This document shows positions 32,331 through 44,879 of a stretch of 64,000 nt of DNA, in pieces (within the stretch, counting starts at the first letter, position 1; each line of letters starts with the position of its first letter). Origin of the DNA: Eledone cirrhosa. Lineage: Eukaryota. The position numbers and the translations under genes were made by a program. The stretch spans positions 7,874,001 through 7,938,000 of the forward strand of contig OZ024754.1 of assembly GCA_964016885.1 (NCBI GenBank), in the 5' to 3' direction. The notes below the pieces were generated by a model. That model made no database searches and was not told where the DNA came from. It saw only the letters and a list, made by a program, of their open reading frames with translations.

Positions 32331-34302
32331 ACAAATCTGCTCTGGTCATTGCTGGTTGACAGCTTCGTCACAATGAAGTAGAAACACATATCATTGGGTT
32401 TATCTTTAAACTTTAAATATTCAATAACATTTCTAAAATGTCGGTGGATTTTCTCCTTTCAAGGTATGAAGGCGACAAATGCAAGGACAGATTTCATAAC
32501 TTCTACTTGAAGTATATGACTGTCAGCTGTTTACGATAAATGATGCAATGAAAAGGTAGAAATTCAGAAACGTTGTGGTCAGTTTTCATAAATACAATTA
32601 ATCTTCTAACCCATTCCAGATGTTACTTTGACGAGTTTATTCAATAGAACATCGTCATTTCGTCATTTGATAGTAGTTATGTTACTGCCGTCGAAATGAT
32701 TTCTGAGACACGACAGCTTGAAAGCTAGAGGTTGCGTCGCGATATATTAAAATTTCTATCTAAATTTTCATAATTTAGTTTCTTACAATCTGATGGCACT
32801 ATCTTCCTTCACAACGTTTTACAGACACTTACAAACATCATTTGTATCCCAGGTTTACAAACTACCTCCAAACGTACCAAAACATTATATATCAGTTACA
32901 TCACATCAAAATATTTTCATATTCCCCTATTTCATAAAATTCAACTTGTAATATTATTTCACTGTTTATGAAGTTAAAACGTTCGTCGACTTCTCGTGGC
33001 AAGCCCTGGAAACCGATCTTTGGGCTCGATGAGTCGAATGAAAACCATCTGAAACCAACTTATACGCAAGTAGAAGACCTAGTACTGACCACGTTATGTA
33101 AAACTATGTTAAGTTATTGCTGATCAATATTATTGCGCCAATACATGTAAGAAAGGATTAAACTAATGACTTTGCATGGGTTAACCGAAAATGAATTCAT
33201 ACATTCGTAAATCGGTTAAATATGCAGACCCAACTCAAAAGCACAAGATATAACATGAGTAATTACTGGAATTATTATTATATAATTACATAGTTTATAT
33301 TTAGGTTCATTGAACTCACAGGATATGTATTAGTATTCACATAATCATATCTATCGCATCGATGAAGAAGAAGAAATTGATGAAGTAAAGAAATAAATGT
33401 AATGCAATATATATTTTTTCTTAACGATGAAAGAAAACAATACACTGTATAAATGAAAGTGTTGCTCCACTGAGATTTGTACAACACACTTTAATATTAC
33501 CCCTGGTATATTAATATTCAAAATATTATGACGTATATGAACAACGAAATCCATGAATGATGTATGTGTTGCTATCATGAAATAAAAATGAGACAGAGAG
33601 AAGTAAATTAAATTTTGCTACATAAATTGAGTAAAGAAAAATAAAACGTTTTATTTTCAGATGTATTGTGAGAGAAGAATATATCTAGAAAGATTCTCAT
33701 TCAACTGCAGTTGTGAAAGAATATAAAAGATTTGATGGATTAGGTGAGGTCGAAAGATATATGGAAATAATTTAATCAAGGAGCTTGAGATTTTAAAAAT
33801 GACTTAAACGGACGGGAATTTAAACCATATGAGAAATGATTAAAAACAAATTGACTAATTGCCTTTCGAAATAACGGACATTTTTTAAGCAATTTAAGTT
33901 GTATTTCCGAATCTAAAGTATGATATTAAAGTGAGTGCTAGCGTAGCTGATATGGTGAGCAAAATACATTTAAATTATTAAACTTACACACCCAGCCACG
34001 AAGAAAAACAAAATTGGCTAATTTTGTTCAAGAAAGTGGACAGTTTCTGAAATTAAATTAATTGATATTAAATGTAAAATAGAATGAAATCGTGGGACTG
34101 AGTAATCTGACCTTTGACTAAATGGTAATAACCCTGTATATGGTCTGACCTCATTAGTCCTCGTTGGTGAAATATAATCTATCTAATTTCTGCTAGGTCT
34201 TAGAGAAAATAAAGAAGGTACAGGATTTTAATGGGTGATGTTTAACTTTTATCATGTAGCTGTTGCTAACACTGCTGCTGCTGCTACTACTACGCTTTAC
34301 AT

Positions 34303-35552
34303 CAGGCATGGGCAACCTTTTTCGAGAAGCGGGCCACATGAGGTATGGCTCATCATCAGGCGGGCTGCAAGCGCTAATTTACATTCGTGCCTACATTAAA
34401 AAAAAGGGCGGTAACTCAGGTTGTTTTGATTTGTTTCTTCAGAATCCGTACACGTTTTCCTCGATCGTAAAAATGATAGAAAGATAAATTACGACTGGAA
34501 AGTTGGGGTACAAAAATCAGAAAAATTTCACTTAGGTGACTTAGGCGAGCCATTGAGAAAGATTTCACTTAGGTAACTTAGGCGAGCCATTGAGAAAGAT
34601 TTCACTTAGGTGACTTAGACGAGCCATTCAGAAAAATTTCACTTAGGTGACTTAGACGAGCCATTCAGAAAGATTTCACTTAGGTGACTTAGGCGAGCCA
34701 TTGAGAAAGATTTCACTTAGGTGACTTAGACGAGCCATTCAGAAAAATTTCACTTAGGTGACTTAGACGAGCCATTGAGAAAGATTTCACTTAGGTGACT
34801 TAGGCGAGCCATTGAGAAAGATTTCACTTAGGTGACTTAGACGAGCCATTCAGAAAAATTTCACTTAGGTGACTTAGACGAGCCATTGAGAAAGATTTCA
34901 CTTAGGTGACTTAGGCGAGCCATTGAGAAAGATTTCACTTAGGTGACTTAGACGAGCCATTCAGAAAGATTTCACTTAGGTGACTTAGGCGAGCCATTCA
35001 GAAAGATTTCACTTAGGTGACTTAGACGAGCCATTCAGAAAGATTTCACTTAGGTGACTTAGGCGAGCCATTGAGAAAGATTTCACTTAGGTGACTTAGA
35101 CGAGCCATTCAGAAAGATTTCACTTAGGTGACTTAGGCGAGCCATTCAGAAAGATTTCACTTAGGTGACTTAGACGAGCCATTCAGAAAGATTTCACTTA
35201 GGTGACTTAGACGAACCATTGAGAAAGATTTCACTTAGGTGACTTAGGCGAGCCATTGAGAAAGATTTCACTTAGGTGACTTAGACGAGCCATTCAGAAA
35301 AATTTCACTTAGGTGACTTAGACGAGCCATTGAGAAAGATTTCACTTAGGTGACTTAGGCGAGCCATTGAGAAAGATTTCACTTAGGTGACTTAGACGAG
35401 CCATTCAGAAAGATTTCACTTAGGTGACTTAGGCGAGCCATTCAGAAAGATTTCACTTAGGTGACTTAGACGAGCCATTCAGAAAGATTTCACTTAGGTG
35501 ACTTAGGCGAGCCATTGAGAAAGCTTCGCGGGCCGTAGGTTGCCCATAACTG
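34303..35552. mobile_element. hAT-type non-autonomous DNA transposon (MITE) with internal minisatellite
   Basis: TIRs CAGGCATGGGCAACCT / AGGTTGCCCATAACTG, subterminal gcgggcc, 8-bp TSD ctttacat/atttacat. Confidence 0.85.
34519..35523 (+). repeat. 37-bp minisatellite, ~27 copies
   Basis: Unit agaaa(g/a)atttcacttaggtgacttag(g/a)cgagccatt(g/c), no spacers. Confidence 0.97.
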
Positions 35553-36497
35553 ATTTACATAGTAGAGATGTTGCAAACCTTGACATGAATCGGCACAATT
35601 GTGGGACACGATTATAATCTTTGGCTACTCCAGAGTAGACGTCAACTTATATAACCTATCGAGTACCTTGACTTCAAATGTTAACTGTGTCCCTGTGAGA
35701 ATGTAACTTAGAATGAAAGGGGAGGTAATTAAATATTTTCTGTTTTTGTTCGAATTTTTCTCATGGCATTAATAATTATTTTTTATTGCCGTTCTTCCCA
35801 AACTCATTAATAATTTGCAATTAAAAACTGTAGTCATTGTTATTAGGAATGTATTATCCTCATCATCATGGCTATCTTCATTTTGCACCATCATCTTTAT
35901 CACCCTCGTCAACTTAATTAATACTACTGTTAACTATTGCGGTGAATCGTACAATGTTCGTTCAATATATGTTCTGATATTTGTAAAAAAACAGGAACGA
36001 ATCTCCCTGCCATTTATTTGTGAGACGCCCAGAGTAATTACCTCTGAACTACTTTGGTTAGTTCGTTTTAATGATTACTAGACTACCCGTGACCCATTGG
36101 GTCACCAATAGTTCAAGGTACCCGAAAAGCTTGTTTTATTCCGTTTGTATTCCCATTTCAAGGTTATGTTAATTTCGGAGTATTTTTCCAGTATGACCGT
36201 TTGGGCTATTTATGAAGGTGCCCAGTGCTTCGATTTATGCCAAACTTGTTTTATTCCATTTGTATTCTCATTTCAGGGTCAACTTCCTTTCAAAGTATTT
36301 TCCCATTATGCGCCCATTTGGCTGTATTACATTACAGACAAGCAATCAATCACAAAGATTTAGTAGTATATAGATACCTTCGGATCAAAAGCAATGGCAT
36401 TCGACCTAGTCCGTTTCATTTAATATCCATTATTGAAAATATCTTTCTTACATCTATATACGAACAACAACGCTGTAGTTGGGAATGTGTGTTTAAC

Positions 36498-36870
36498 GCT
36501 GGCAGTATCGGTAGAGGGTTGAACGTCATGCTTTCTAGCATAGTTACGTCCCTTTTCAGTCTGAATTCAAATCCCATCGAGGTTAACTTTGCCTTTCATC
36601 CTTACGGGATCCATAAAATAAAGTACCAGTAATGTACTGGGTAATTGCTGGCCTTGTGCCAAAAGTAGAAACAATTATTAACGTCGGACACCATTCTTCG
36701 AAGCATAGATTTACTGCCCTTTGAGGTCTGATTTCAAATCCCGTCGATGTTAGCTTTGCCTTTCATCCTTACACGGTCGATAAAATAAAAGTACCAGTAG
36801 TGCACTGGGATCGATTTAATCGACTTCTCCCTTGTAATTGCTGGCATTGTTCCTAAATCAATAACCAATG
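36498..36870 (+). mobile_element. Two Nin-domain SINEs
   Basis: Consensus match. Confidence 0.8.
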
Positions 36871-37100
36871 TTAGCCGGTTCATTGATGAAGTTATTTTCT
36901 TTAAGATTAACATGAAGTTCGTAACATTTCATTTTACTTATTTAATATATCAGGCCTTTATACCCAATATGGCGACGAGATGTTTGAGATGCCAAACTAT
37001 TGAAATCAATACTTCTGTATTTTTTCTGGCTCTCCGTAATCCGATTCTAAATCTCGCACATTTCATCATAGTCTTTTATCCTTTCGATGTGGATAAACAC

Positions 37101-37290
37101 AATAATTGTTTCTACTTTAGGCACAAGGCCAGCAATTACCCAGTGCATTACTGGTACTTTATTTTATCGACCCCGTAAGGATGAAAGACAAAGTCAACCT
37201 CGGCGGGATTTGAACTCAGATCGTAAAGGGACGTAACTATGCTGGAAAGCATGGCGTCCGAACCTCTACCGATACTGCCAATCCACCGCA
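37101..37290 (-). mobile_element. Nin-domain SINE
   Basis: Consensus match. Confidence 0.9.
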
Positions 37291-38227
37291 ATAATATAAT
37301 ACCAACAGAAAGGCAGTGGATTGACGAAGATCTGGACCAGATCTTCGTCAATCCACGAAAGCAAACTAAAATAGATATCTTTGTAAAAATCTGTCTTTTG
37401 AAAGATTTCTTGTTTGACATTCAGAATAACAGTTTTGTTTCCTAATGTATGTTAGATGTGTTATATGTAGTGTTCTATTTTTATATAAAGAAAGGTGTTT
37501 TATGTTTATTCAGCTATAGGTATAGCTAGGAAGATATGTTTATTCTGCTATCGTCAATTCGAGGATGATGATGAGAGTTTAAGTGTTTACATACATATAT
37601 CTTTTCTATTTGACTGAAACCATATTATTGCATCGTTATTGCTTTCAGCCCTCACAACAGAAATAAATACTATAACGTCTATAGTATTGACTGTGAAGAG
37701 CGATCTTATAAATGCTGTAGAAAGCTGACAACGTGGAATAAAAAAGAAAAAAAGATTAAAAATAAGTATGGCTTCAGAATAATAAACCAATTGCCGAAAC
37801 TGTTGCCACATTGACAGCATGTTTAATAGCAGCACCATTTATACTAACAACAAAAACAAATGTTTAAAATGTTCTGCTGAATGTAGACCCATATAAAAAG
37901 GACTGCAAGAATATATAAAATATATGAGACAGAGCAGTATTATTATTGTCAGAATTAAACTGAAGAATTGAATGAGTGTTGGGAAGTACCATTGTGAGAA
38001 TATTGCATTTATAGGATATCACACACATCAGATATTCGTATCTCAATATTCTGGCCGGCCGAAAATATGGAACAAAGACTGTCATATATGACTTGGGATA
38101 GATTATGCTAAGGCTTCGAAGATTTATGTTAGTAAATATAACCTAATAGATACTCACCTGTAATCCCACAATAAAGGCCATTTAGAAAAGCAGTTTATAA
38201 AGTTGAGTTGTAACGATATAAACAGAT

Positions 38228-38414
38228 AATTGTTTCTACATTTGGCACAAGGTCAGCAATTACCTAGTAGATTACTGGTACTTTATTTTATCGATCCCGT
38301 AAGGATGAAAAGCAAAGTTAACGTCGACGGGATGTGAACTCGGTTCGTAAAGGGAAGTACCTCTTTGCTGGAAAGCATGGCGTCCGACCCTCTACCGACA
38401 CTGCCAATCCACCA
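38228..38414 (-). mobile_element. Nin-domain SINE
   Basis: Consensus match; TSD acagataat. Confidence 0.88.
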
Positions 38415-38516
38415 CAGATAATGAAGGCCAACATAAATGAGATGCAGATAAGGTATCGTTAGATTAAAGTATATTATTTTATTTGACTTAGTTTGCTAAG
38501 TCTCCTCTTTGTTTTG

Positions 38517-38555
<39 letters not shown>

Positions 38556-38682
38556 AAGTAGAAGTGGTAGTCGGAAGTCCGACAAACAAATGTTTATAAC
38601 TGATTTAGAGCACTCAACAGTTACTGGAGTAAATATTCAATGATATTAAATAAATGGAAACTATATTTATAAAACCATATTT

Positions 38683-38746
38683 ATTTTTTTATATATATTT
38701 CAAGGGTAACCAAGACAACAATGGTACGCTTTCATCAGATAAAATA
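38683..38746 (-). ncRNA. Type I hammerhead, family C
   Basis: tattttat-CTGATGA-aagcgtacca..tggttaccctt-GAAA-tatata-TA-aaaaaata. Confidence 0.7.
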
Positions 38747-38967
38747 CAAGTTTGTTTTATAAATAGAGATATACCCATGAAAATCATACCTTATCGGTTG
38801 GAAATTCACTGGATAGTGGAAATATATTAGGGATTATTCAAACTTATGTGTGAATATGCAAATGAATATGTAAATAATTGAAAAACAACCGTTTATTTAA
38901 ATTTAAACCAAAATCCCTCATAACTCATTAAAACAATTATCTATAACACGATATACCCATCTATTCA

Positions 38968-39175
38968 TTTACTTATCTATTTACTTATCTATTTACTTAT
39001 CTATTTACTTATCTATTTACTTATCTATTTACTTATCTATTTACTTATCTATTTACTTATCTATTTACTTATCTATTTACTTATCTATTTACTTATCTAT
39101 TTACTTATCTATTTACTTATCTATTTACTTATCTATTTACTTATTTATTTACTTATTTATTTATCTATCTACTTA
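38968..39175. repeat. 12-bp tandem repeat (tttacttatcta)n
   Basis: Directly visible. Confidence 0.95.
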
Positions 39176-39517
39176 TAACAGAAAATATTATATTAGAAAC
39201 GAATTTTAAACAAAGAATAATCGTAAATACACATAATATTAGATTTATACTTAGAATACATTTCCCCCCAAAATTAACGTTATATTGATCTTCTCTTGTC
39301 TATTTCCTCTCTATCTCTCTCGTAATATTTTCTATCTTTATCCCCTTATATTTTTTTTCTCTCTGTTTCTCCAGTGTCATTTAAATAAACGGTTGTTTTT
39401 AAATTATTCACATATTCACTTGCATATTCACACATAAGTTTGAATAATCCCTAATATATTTCCAACCGATAAGGTATGATTTTCATGGGTATGTCTCTAT
39501 TTATAAAACAAACTTTG

Positions 39518-39581
39518 TATTTTATCTGATGAAAGCGTACCAATGTTGTCTTGGTTACCCTTGAAATATATATAATAAAAT
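39518..39581 (+). ncRNA. Type I hammerhead, family C
   Basis: attttat-CTGATGA-aagcgtacca..tggttaccctt-GAAA-tatata-TA-ataaaat. Confidence 0.8.
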
Positions 39582-39970
39582 GAATATGGTTTTATAAATA
39601 TATATATATATATATACCTATATAACCCCTGCAACCCTGATGATATCCAATGATGTTGACTTGTTCTTCTTTTTGGTAAATATCATCTTGGTTAAGAGAG
39701 TGGGACTGACTTTGTGCAGTGCCTTTGCTCACTATAAAAGCTTCACGGCACAGACATTGCTTTATATCTGGAGATCTCTCTGAACTTGTCGTCACAGGGT
39801 ATCATGGGCCCAGCACTATGTGTCAATAATTGTCACAAGTGTAGTGTTTGTACCAGAGTTTCCAAGTCGCTGGCTGGACTAAAAAATCACACTCGTTCAG
39901 CGCATCGGTAGAGGTTCTCCTATATGGATATAAAGTAGTGGCCGTACTCGAAAACGAGTTGGCAGCCACC

Positions 39971-40037
<67 letters not shown>

Positions 40038-40198
40038 AAATACTGGTACCCTTGAAATATATATAATAAAATAAATATGGTTTTATAAAGATAGTTTCCA
40101 TTTATTAATATTATTGATATTATAGTCCAGAAGAAAACTGTTGAGTGCTTCTAATCCGTTATAAATAACTGTTGAATAATCAACAAATTAAATAACTC

Positions 40199-40237
<39 letters not shown>

Positions 40238-40973
40238 TCATATATGTATGGATTTCGTCAGCACGCTTCCATCTATTTTCGTGCTTACCCGATCAAAAGA
40301 ATATCCACCTTCTTTCATACTAAATACTCCATATATGAAATGGATATTTTACATTCATACATATAAAAGCCATATCGAAATAATGCTTCTCCTTAAAATA
40401 TAGCCGCTGGCAAATTCATTTTCTTCCATTTTAAAACAAAACTTTTTTGCAAATATTTTCACTCGAATAAACTTTATTTCCATATATGGCCGAACGAGTA
40501 GTCAAGTATCACGTATAAGGCGCTAAGAAAGCCGTAAACGTTGAAATAATGCAGTTTAGTTAAATGATGTAAACAAAGTATTTTAGTTCTAAAGAAGTAG
40601 TTAAATAATAGTTCATATTTATTTATCGGGGTATTTACTAATAGTAAAGATAACCAACTTGTTTATATTTGTCTTGATATTGTCGTTATTGTCGCTGAAG
40701 GCGAAGTAGAATTCCTCGTGTTTGTGATGTATGTATGATATGGAAATTAATTCTTTCTGTCACACATTACCTATCAACAACACTAAATTCTAAAACCATT
40801 CAAATACACACACACATATATATTTTTAAAAATAGAGGTGTGACACACGAGTTGTGATATATTAGTAACAAGGAAAAGAAAATGCTGACAAATTTGTACC
40901 AGTGAAAATTAGTTTAATTAGGAATAAGTATAAATTAGTAATAAGTATTAGTTAGTATTCAGTTTTAGTTTTA

Positions 40974-41014
40974 AGTTTTTACCGGTTGCGCATTTCTTAT
41001 GCTTTTCAAAAATA
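40974..41014 (-). ncRNA. Hammerhead-like motif, family E (U3-A8, GCAA)
   Basis: ttt-TTGAAAA-gcat(aagaa)atgc-GCAA-ccgg-TA-aaa. Confidence 0.55.
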
Positions 41015-41084
41015 ATTTTGAGATAGAGTGCTCGTGATATTTGCTCTAATCTCTCTCTCTCTCTCTCTAGATATATATAGATAT

Positions 41085-41120
<36 letters not shown>

Positions 41121-41635
41121 TGCCATAGGTGAAGAGATCATATAGAGTAATTTATCATAATAAACAAACCAAAAGAGAGAGAGTGTGTGGTGTGTGTATG
41201 TGTATATGTATATATGTGTATATGTATATATATATATCAGAGCTCTCTATATAATAGATATTCACCATTTAGTTTATATATATATATATATATTGTTGTT
41301 TTCATTTATGTTATTGTCCCATGTATCTATAAATACTAACGCACTGTGTCATGTACACATGTCAGTATTCTGACGATTTGGTCGGGTATCGACTGTAATT
41401 CAGGTCGAATGACTTAACTTCTAACGATCAGCGACTTTTAGATACACCGGACTAATGAAACAATTGTTAATACTGAAAATAAACAGCTATTGTACAGCTG
41501 ACCATGTTATTCTTCATTCTTTTGCTATATATATATATATATATATATACATAGGTGCCGGGTTGAGTCGGGGATAACCACAGTAAGTAAGGTACTCAAT
41601 ACATGGCAGAGTAAAAAAAATTTATTTCATAGAAG

Positions 41636-41688
41636 GAGCTTCTACAGGACTAGTACTGTTTCATTCAGATGAAATCTTCAGGAAGCGC
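41636..41688 (-). ncRNA. Type I hammerhead, family B
   Basis: gcttc-CTGAAGA-tttca(tc)tgaat-GAAACAG-tactagtc-CTGTA-gaagc. Confidence 0.75.
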
Positions 41689-41695
41689 TTCTGAA

Positions 41696-41748
41696 GAGCT
41701 TCCTGAAGATTTCATCTGAATGAAACAGTACTAGCCCTGTAGAAGCTC
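41696..41748 (+). ncRNA. Type I hammerhead, family B
   Basis: gagcttc-CTGAAGA-tttcatctgaat-GAAACAG-tactagcc-CTGTA-gaagctc: 7-bp stem I, 4-bp stem III, GUA. Confidence 0.8.
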
Positions 41749-41757
41749 CTTCTATAA

Positions 41758-41813
<56 letters not shown>

Positions 41814-41894
41814 AGAGAGAGAGAGATAAGTAAATGGTTATCTTTTGTATAGAGAGCTCTGCCAAATATACATCTGCTGACACGATGGTTCATG

Positions 41895-42205
41895 AATAAT
41901 TCTTTCTGTCAATTGACACAAGGAAATATGAAAGGTAAAATTATCTTCGGCGGGATTTGAACTTAGAACATTAAGGGACGTAACTATGTCTCAAAGCATA
42001 ATGTTGGGCGCTCTACTGATTCTGCCAATCTACCACCCTTAATGTCCATAAATAATTGTTTCTATAATTAGGCACAAGAACAGCAATTTGAAGGTAAAGG
42101 GGAAAGTTGACTGAATCGACCTCAATGCATAACTGGTACTTTATTTTATCGACCCTGTAAGAAAAAAAGGCAAAGTTATCCTCGGCAGGATTTGAACTCA
42201 GACCG
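41895..42205 (-). mobile_element. Two degenerate Nin-domain SINEs
   Basis: Consensus match. Confidence 0.75.
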
Positions 42206-42232
42206 AATATGTATATATAATATATATATACA

Positions 42233-42400
42233 TATTATGGTATTATATTCCGGGTGGTATAAACTGTATTATGGTATTATATTCAGGGTGGTATAAATGG
42301 TATTGTGGTATTATATTCCAGGTGGTATAAACTGTATTATGGTATTATATTCCGAGTGATATAAATGGTATTGTGGTATTATATTCAGGGTGGTATAAAT
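42233..42400. repeat. ~33-bp minisatellite, ~5 copies
   Basis: tatt(a/g)tggtattatattc.gggtggtataaa repeated. Confidence 0.85.
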
Positions 42401-42605
42401 GTCACTGATATATTGGTAATGGGAATTTGATTATATCTTTAATATAAGTCTGTGTGATATTCCAATATAATGTAATATGAAAGGCAGATATAAAATATAA
42501 AATATATCAAGCTAGTTTCAGTCGCATTCAACTGAAAAGTCTCGAATTTATTCACAGAGGCAGCTGTTGTATCTTGCCAAATTATTTATTATGTGTATAT
42601 ATATA

Positions 42606-43705
42606 TAAGTATGTATACGTACATACATATATGTATACAGACGTACAGTAGTATGTATATATATTTACATACATGCACACATATGTATACATGTACGTAT
42701 GGATTTACCGAACATTTATTATAATGCTCGGTGTTTTTGTAAACAAACATCCCAAATTAAACCGTACAGTGTTTAGCAACCATCGTTGCCATTTTGTTCA
42801 ACACTGACAAAGGAATGATGTACTAATTTCAAGCTTATTAGCTATCGTCAGCACTGAATACCTTCCTGCCAGATGATTAAACGTCTGAAAGTATATATTT
42901 TCGTTATGTATATTAACGGCTGAGGAGCCTAATTTGCATATCGAGTGAGTGAATCGGCCGGGCGCACCGAAAACGATAAACGGAAAAAATGAAACGAAAT
43001 TTCATTTCTCACTCTTAGTACGGATGTTACTTAAATATAAGTATGTATACGTACATACATATATGTATACAGACATACAGTAGTATGTATATATATTTAC
43101 ATACATGTACGTATGGATTTACCGAACATTTATTATAATGCTCGGTGTGTTTGTAAACAAACATCCCAAATTAAGCCGTACAGTGTTTAGCAACCATCGT
43201 TGCCATTTTGTTCAACACTGACAAAGGAACGATGTACTAGATTCAAGCTTATTAACTATCGTCAGCACTTTATACCTTCCTGCCAGATGATTGAACGTCT
43301 GAAAGTATATAATTTTCCTTATGCATAGTAACGGCTGAGCAGCGTAATTTGCATATCGAGTGAGTTAATCAGCCGGGCGCACCGAAAACGATAAACGGAA
43401 AAAATGAAACGAAATTTCATTTCTCACTCTTAGTACGGCTGTTACTTAAATATAAGTATGTATACGTACATACATATATGTATACAGACATACAGTAGTA
43501 TGTATATATATTTACATACATGTACGTATGGATTTACCGAACATTTATTATAATGCTCGGTGTGTTTGTAAACAAACATCCCAAATTAAGCCGTACAGTG
43601 TTTAGCAACCATCGTTGCCATTTTGTTCAACACTGACAAAGGAACGATGTACTAATTTCAAGCTTATTAGCTATCGTCAGCACTTTATACGTTATGCATA
43701 TTAAC
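42606..43705 (-). mobile_element. ~415-bp tandem repeat (~2.6 units) with one minimal hammerhead per unit (retrozyme-like, family D)
   Basis: Unit markers at 42981 and 43396; HHRs at 42817-42855, 43231-43269, 43646-43684: gtg-CTGACGA-t-agct(aata)agct-t-GAAA-(c/t)tag-TA-cat. Confidence 0.7.
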
Positions 43706-43870
43706 ACACACACATATTTTATATATATATATATATATATATAAAAGTTCTATTTAAATTGTTGGGATACAACAAGCAAATATTTTCATAACTGATATAA
43801 AGCACTCAGCAAATATTTGGAGTAAAAATACGATATTAATAAATGGAAACTATATTTATAAAACCATATT

Positions 43871-43935
43871 TATTTCATTATACATATTTCAAGGACACCA
43901 AGTTAAATTATGGTGTGCTTTCATCAGATAAAATA
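43871..43935 (-). ncRNA. Type I hammerhead, family C
   Basis: tattttat-CTGATGA-aagcacacca..tggtgtcctt-GAAA-tatgta-TA-atgaaata. Confidence 0.8.
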
Positions 43936-44006
43936 TAATATAGATCAGTTTTATAAATAAATATTGACATACCCTTAAAAATGCAACCATTACTGTTGGA
44001 AGCTCC

Positions 44007-44052
<46 letters not shown>

Positions 44053-44120
44053 GCCCATCTTAAGTTGACCGTATGAGGTCTATGTTATGGGTATGTCACT
44101 AATTTATATATCAAATATTG

Positions 44121-44172
44121 TATTTTATCTGATGAAAGCATACTATAAATTAGTATCCTTGAAATATATATA
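44121..44172 (+). ncRNA. Family C hammerhead interrupted by a SINE
   Basis: tattttat-CTGATGA-aagcatacta(taaat)tagtatcctt-GAAA-tatata-TA; stem I 3' strand displaced to ~44361. Confidence 0.7.
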
Positions 44173-44343
44173 ATTGTTTCTACTTTTGGCACAAGGCCAG
44201 CAATTATCTCAGTGTATTAATGGTACGTCATTTTATCGACCCCCATAAGGATGAAAGGCAAAGTTAACCTCGGCGAATTTGAACCCAGACCATAAAGGGC
44301 CGTAACTCTTTGCTGCCTGAGCCTCTACCGATACTGCCAATCC
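44173..44343 (-). mobile_element. Nin-domain SINE with 16-bp TSD
   Basis: ccttgaaatatatata at 44157-44172 and 44344-44359. Confidence 0.88.
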
Positions 44344-44444
44344 CCTTGAAATATATATATAATGAAATAAATTGTGATGCTATAGTGATATATTTTCCAT
44401 TTATTGCTATTATTATTTCATATATATATATACATATATATACA

Positions 44445-44594
<150 letters not shown>

Positions 44595-44843
44595 CATATA
44601 TATATAGAAGTGGTTACGCAACAGCTAGTTCACCATACCGAGAACAATTGTTTCACATTAGCGGATCCTCAGCTCGTAATGGTATATATATATATATATA
44701 TTTATATATATACTGAGGTTAACTTTGCCTTTAATCCTTACGGGGTCGATAAAATAAAGTACCAGTCACGCACTGGGTCAATTTAATCGACTTTTCCCCT
44801 CTCCCAAATTTGCTGGCCTTGAGCTTATATAAGAAACCATTAC

Positions 44844-44879
<36 letters not shown>

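Larger units (their letters stand above)
38552..39600. mobile_element. Inverted-pLTR element, family C, with two hammerheads
   Basis: Inverted arms ~38663-38900/39380-39600; flanked by (TA)n. Confidence 0.8.

Noticed and set aside
34519-35523. CRISPR array (37-bp repeats)
   Set aside because: Repeats are contiguous with no unique spacers, there are no cas genes, the context is eukaryotic and the array lies inside a MITE.
34519-35523. Interstitial telomere (TTAGG motifs)
   Set aside because: TTAGG occurs only as part of a 37-bp unit, not as a tandem telomeric repeat.
39630-39700. CTGATGA in a repeat shared with 48940-49040
   Set aside because: No downstream GAAA or stems; the other copy reads CTGATGG.
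42915-42990. Plus-strand hammerhead CTGAGGA...GAAAacgaTA in the 415-bp unit
   Set aside because: Stem II is not flush with the core, stem I is not adjacent, and the second unit reads CTGAGCA.
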